Source of the DNA: Macrostomum lignano | Lineage: Eukaryota | Direction: 5' to 3' | Length of the DNA: 64,000 nucleotides | NCBI GenBank assembly: GCA_002269645.1 | Contig: NIVC01000572.1 | Coordinates: forward strand, 248,001 to 312,000 | Shown here: piece after piece, positions 61,180 to 64,000 of the stretch | Layout of the letters: each line of letters starts with the position of its first letter | Position numbering within the stretch: position 1 is the first letter of the stretch | Program-made: the position numbers and the translations under genes | The notes under the pieces: generated by a model | The model's database searches: none | What the model was told of the DNA's origin: nothing | What the model saw: only the letters and a program-made list of their open reading frames with translations

Positions 61180-62493
61180 ATGCATCGGCCAATCATAAAA
61201 CGATGTGAATCGGCTTTTATAGCGACTCTGATATTTTCAGCTATGGCAACCGGCATTTTCTACTTTGACAGTCACGTCAGTCAGAGTGGTCGACAGAAAG
61301 TTCAACTCAAGCAGTCATGGGTAGCTTCAGAGCAGTTCGGAGCAATCTTCGACAAGATCAGTGAGTAAAATGTGCTAGTGTATGATTGTGTCTGTACTTT
61401 CATCAAAGCACCAAACTTGAAATCTATTATATTTTTAGAGAGTAACAGCTTGTTGATGGCAGTCCAAGCAGCAAAGTCGAGAAGTCCAGCTAACGCAAAG
61501 TATCAGTATGCTAAGCTGGACGAAAGCTTTTTAATAAATAATTTTCAACGCCTCAAAACGATAGTCAGACCTTTGTCAAAAAAGTACACAGCGAAGGTGG
61601 ACCAGCTGATGGTGCATCGGCTTCCCGTGGTTGACACGAAGCACTGGGAGCTGCACAGACCCAACGGTGAGCGGCTGTCTGTTCAAGCAGTGCAGCAGCT
61701 GCTCAGAGATCCCAACTACAAAGTGCCGAACGCTGTGCACTACATCCTGCCATTCAGCGATCCGGTGATCCAGTTTCACCACTTGGTCTGCATCCTGAGC
61801 GGCGTGTGGGTTCTGCGACCCGACTTTGTGATCTTCTGGTACAGCAGCGAGCCGAAGGGACAGAACTGGAACCTGCTGAAGCGAAACCTCACCGAGTCCG
61901 GCGTGTGGTTCACCAAAGTGTTGCTGGCTCACAGAAGTGTGCCAAAGTCGGTGTACACCCAGCCAGTGCTGATCAGAGAGCACCAGTCCGACGTCATTCG
62001 AATGGAGGCGCTGCTGGTTTTCGGCGGAGTGTACTCGGACCTCGACGTGATCTCGCTGAGATCGATGCAGCCGTTGAGAAACTACTCGTTCACCATCGGT
62101 CGGGAGCTGCCTCAGAACCTGTGCAACGGAGTGTTCTTGTCAGCGCCGAACTCAACACTGCTGGCTCTGTGGCACGTGGCCTACCAGTCACTGGACGACT
62201 CCAGCTGGGGTGAGCACTCGCTGATGCTGCCCAACCGGCTGTGCCACGCATTTCCTGAGCACTGCCACGTCGAGCAGGACAGCATGGACCGTCCGAACTT
62301 TCTACCAAGGGAGATTGTGCTCATCTACGGTAAACAGAGAGGCTGGGACTGGCGCAAGAAGAACTACGCAATGCACTTGTGGTACCGTATGCACAAGCGC
62401 AAGTATAGCATGGAGAGCATTAAGCACGTCGACTCAATGCTCGGCGACATGTTTAGATTCGTATTGTTTGGTAACAGCACGCTTGTAACGTGA
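61180..62493 (+). CDS. GT32-family (DXD, alpha-1,4-glycosyltransferase-like) type II Golgi membrane glycosyltransferase, 411 aa
   Basis: Exon 61180-61360 carries the TM anchor, followed by a 78-bp GT-AG phase-1 intron and exon 61439-62493. Motifs: VPNAVHYI, HQSDVIRMEALLVFGGVYSDLDV, NGVFLS, W...W, HLW. Confidence 0.9.
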
Positions 62494-63139
62494 GAAATGT
62501 CACCTGAAGTTTGCAATAAATATTGTAACTGATTCCAAGTTTCTTATTCAGCCAGTAAACTTATTAAACTCTTCTTTTCGAAGCACAGAGAAAAATGCGT
62601 ACTGTAATGTAGAGAGTTCACGTTACTGAATAAATAGTGTCGGTATAAGATTTATGCAATTGTAAATTTTAGAAAGACTTGTGATACACAATATTTTGTT
62701 TGCAATTTTGTTTACCGATCGCACTGCGACAGGTTTACAGGCTAGTGTTGCTGCTAGCCTGTGGTTAACATGTAGAGAACGTCGTGCTCGTGCGGATCAG
62801 ACGACACTAAGGCTTCAATGTTAGTTCATATACTGTATGACTTTATATTCAATTCAACAGTAGCTAATGAACCAGTTAATACGAGCTAGCTTGAATCTCC
62901 TGACTCAGTGATATAGCTGGCAAATGATTTAGGCAAGTCGATTGGGTCCTCTTATTTTGTCAAATTCAATAACATACCTGACATGGAGCACGTGAAAGAA
63001 TTAGTCACGCGCGGGAACTAAAAAACACTGACTACGGAGCACAGGGCAAAGATACCTCACTGAATTTACTAGGTAGTTCTAAATTTCACATCATGGTGTA
63101 AATAGTGGGTCCCATAGTTCATAAATGACCAGATAGGCG

Positions 63140-64000
63140 GAACGCCACGAGGAGACTGGCGCAACTCGATCATGCGCTGGTTCGCATGCGCGAGCGCCGC
63201 CTAGTCACCATGGCTCCACTGGCTCCCCAACCAGACCACCGACCTCTGATCTGCGACTTGCGGCTTAACGACCAGCTCTACCGACCGCCAAAGCAGCAGC
63301 CACGGCGCTACTATCGCGCTCTGTCGAACAGCCGCGTGATGCGTCAATTCGCGGGCGCCTTCGTCGGCGCGCTTGTAGACCAGCGAGGCGAAGTATCTCG
63401 AGCGAAGCCGTTAGAGCCGTTGCGGAGCAGAAGGTCCCGCTGATGCGGCCAGCGCAAAAATCGCTGCCTGTCTGGCAGAGCGACCCGATCATCAGGCAGG
63501 CGCGGTTCAACATCGAGAGAAAAAGACGCGTTTGAGCGCCTTCTAGATAAGCGGCAGCAGGCCGCTCACGACGACGCCGTCCGGTTCATCACTGCAGCTG
63601 GCACCGACGTGAAGAGCGGCAGTGTGGACGGCCGACGGGGCGCAAAAAATGCGTGGCGCTGAATCTAGCCAGCGATACCCTGGAGGAGCGCAGGAATGAA
63701 TCGCACGACTTCTTCGCCGGCATCGTGAACGCGTTCGCGTCGCCGCTGCCTGTCAGTTTTGCACTCCCACCGGACACGCCGCTCCCAGCTGAGGAGGACT
63801 TCTGCAGCAGCCCAATCACCACGGAGGACGTTGTGCTGTTCGTTCAGAAAACATCAGGCGGCAAGGCGCTCGGTCCCGACGAAGTCCCGGTCGAGCCCAG
63901 GTCACAGGCGTCATGAACCGCGTGCTCGCCGGCGCCCCCACGCCCACCAAGTGGACCGTTGGGCACATAGCGCCGATCCCGACGAAGGCAGGGACAACGC
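63140..64000 (+). mobile_element. Decayed RTE/CR1-like LINE ORF2 fragment (endonuclease end to RT start), running off the right edge
   Basis: QLDHALVR...PDHRPLICDLRL (APE C-terminus), PITTEDV...KALGPDEVPVE and KWTVGHIAPIPTK (RT N-terminal motifs), with frameshifts. Confidence 0.85.

Overview
This is spliced eukaryotic (invertebrate) genomic DNA, very rich in minisatellites and transposon remnants. Short introns, CAG-rich exons and the GPCR type suggest a flatworm such as Macrostomum, but that is inference only. The left 24 kb holds a head-to-tail minus-strand cluster of three anoctamin/TMEM16 paralogs, which I assembled exon by exon by hand: A (5' part only), B (complete but with three apparent frame lesions) and C (15 exons, 904 aa, intact). 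Paralog C has lost most of the acidic Ca2+-binding residues that define the family and uses two GC-AG introns; this is the most notable observation. To the right lie an intronless secreted PAN/C-type lectin gene, an HP1/chromobox gene, a tetraspanin, an intronless rhodopsin-like orphan GPCR and a GT32 (DXD) glycosyltransferase. A recent tandem duplication also left a catalytically truncated glycosyltransferase copy with a templated-insertion junction. Mobile DNA includes a LINE nested in an older LINE (12-bp TSD), hAT- and P-like non-autonomous elements with 8-bp TSDs, a decayed Tc1/mariner, a fold-back element, RTE-like fragments and about 20 tandem arrays. The very long ORFs at 41-42 kb and 52-59 kb are satellite artefacts. 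No tRNA, rRNA or CRISPR array was found. All coordinates and alignments are manual, and repeat edges are approximate.
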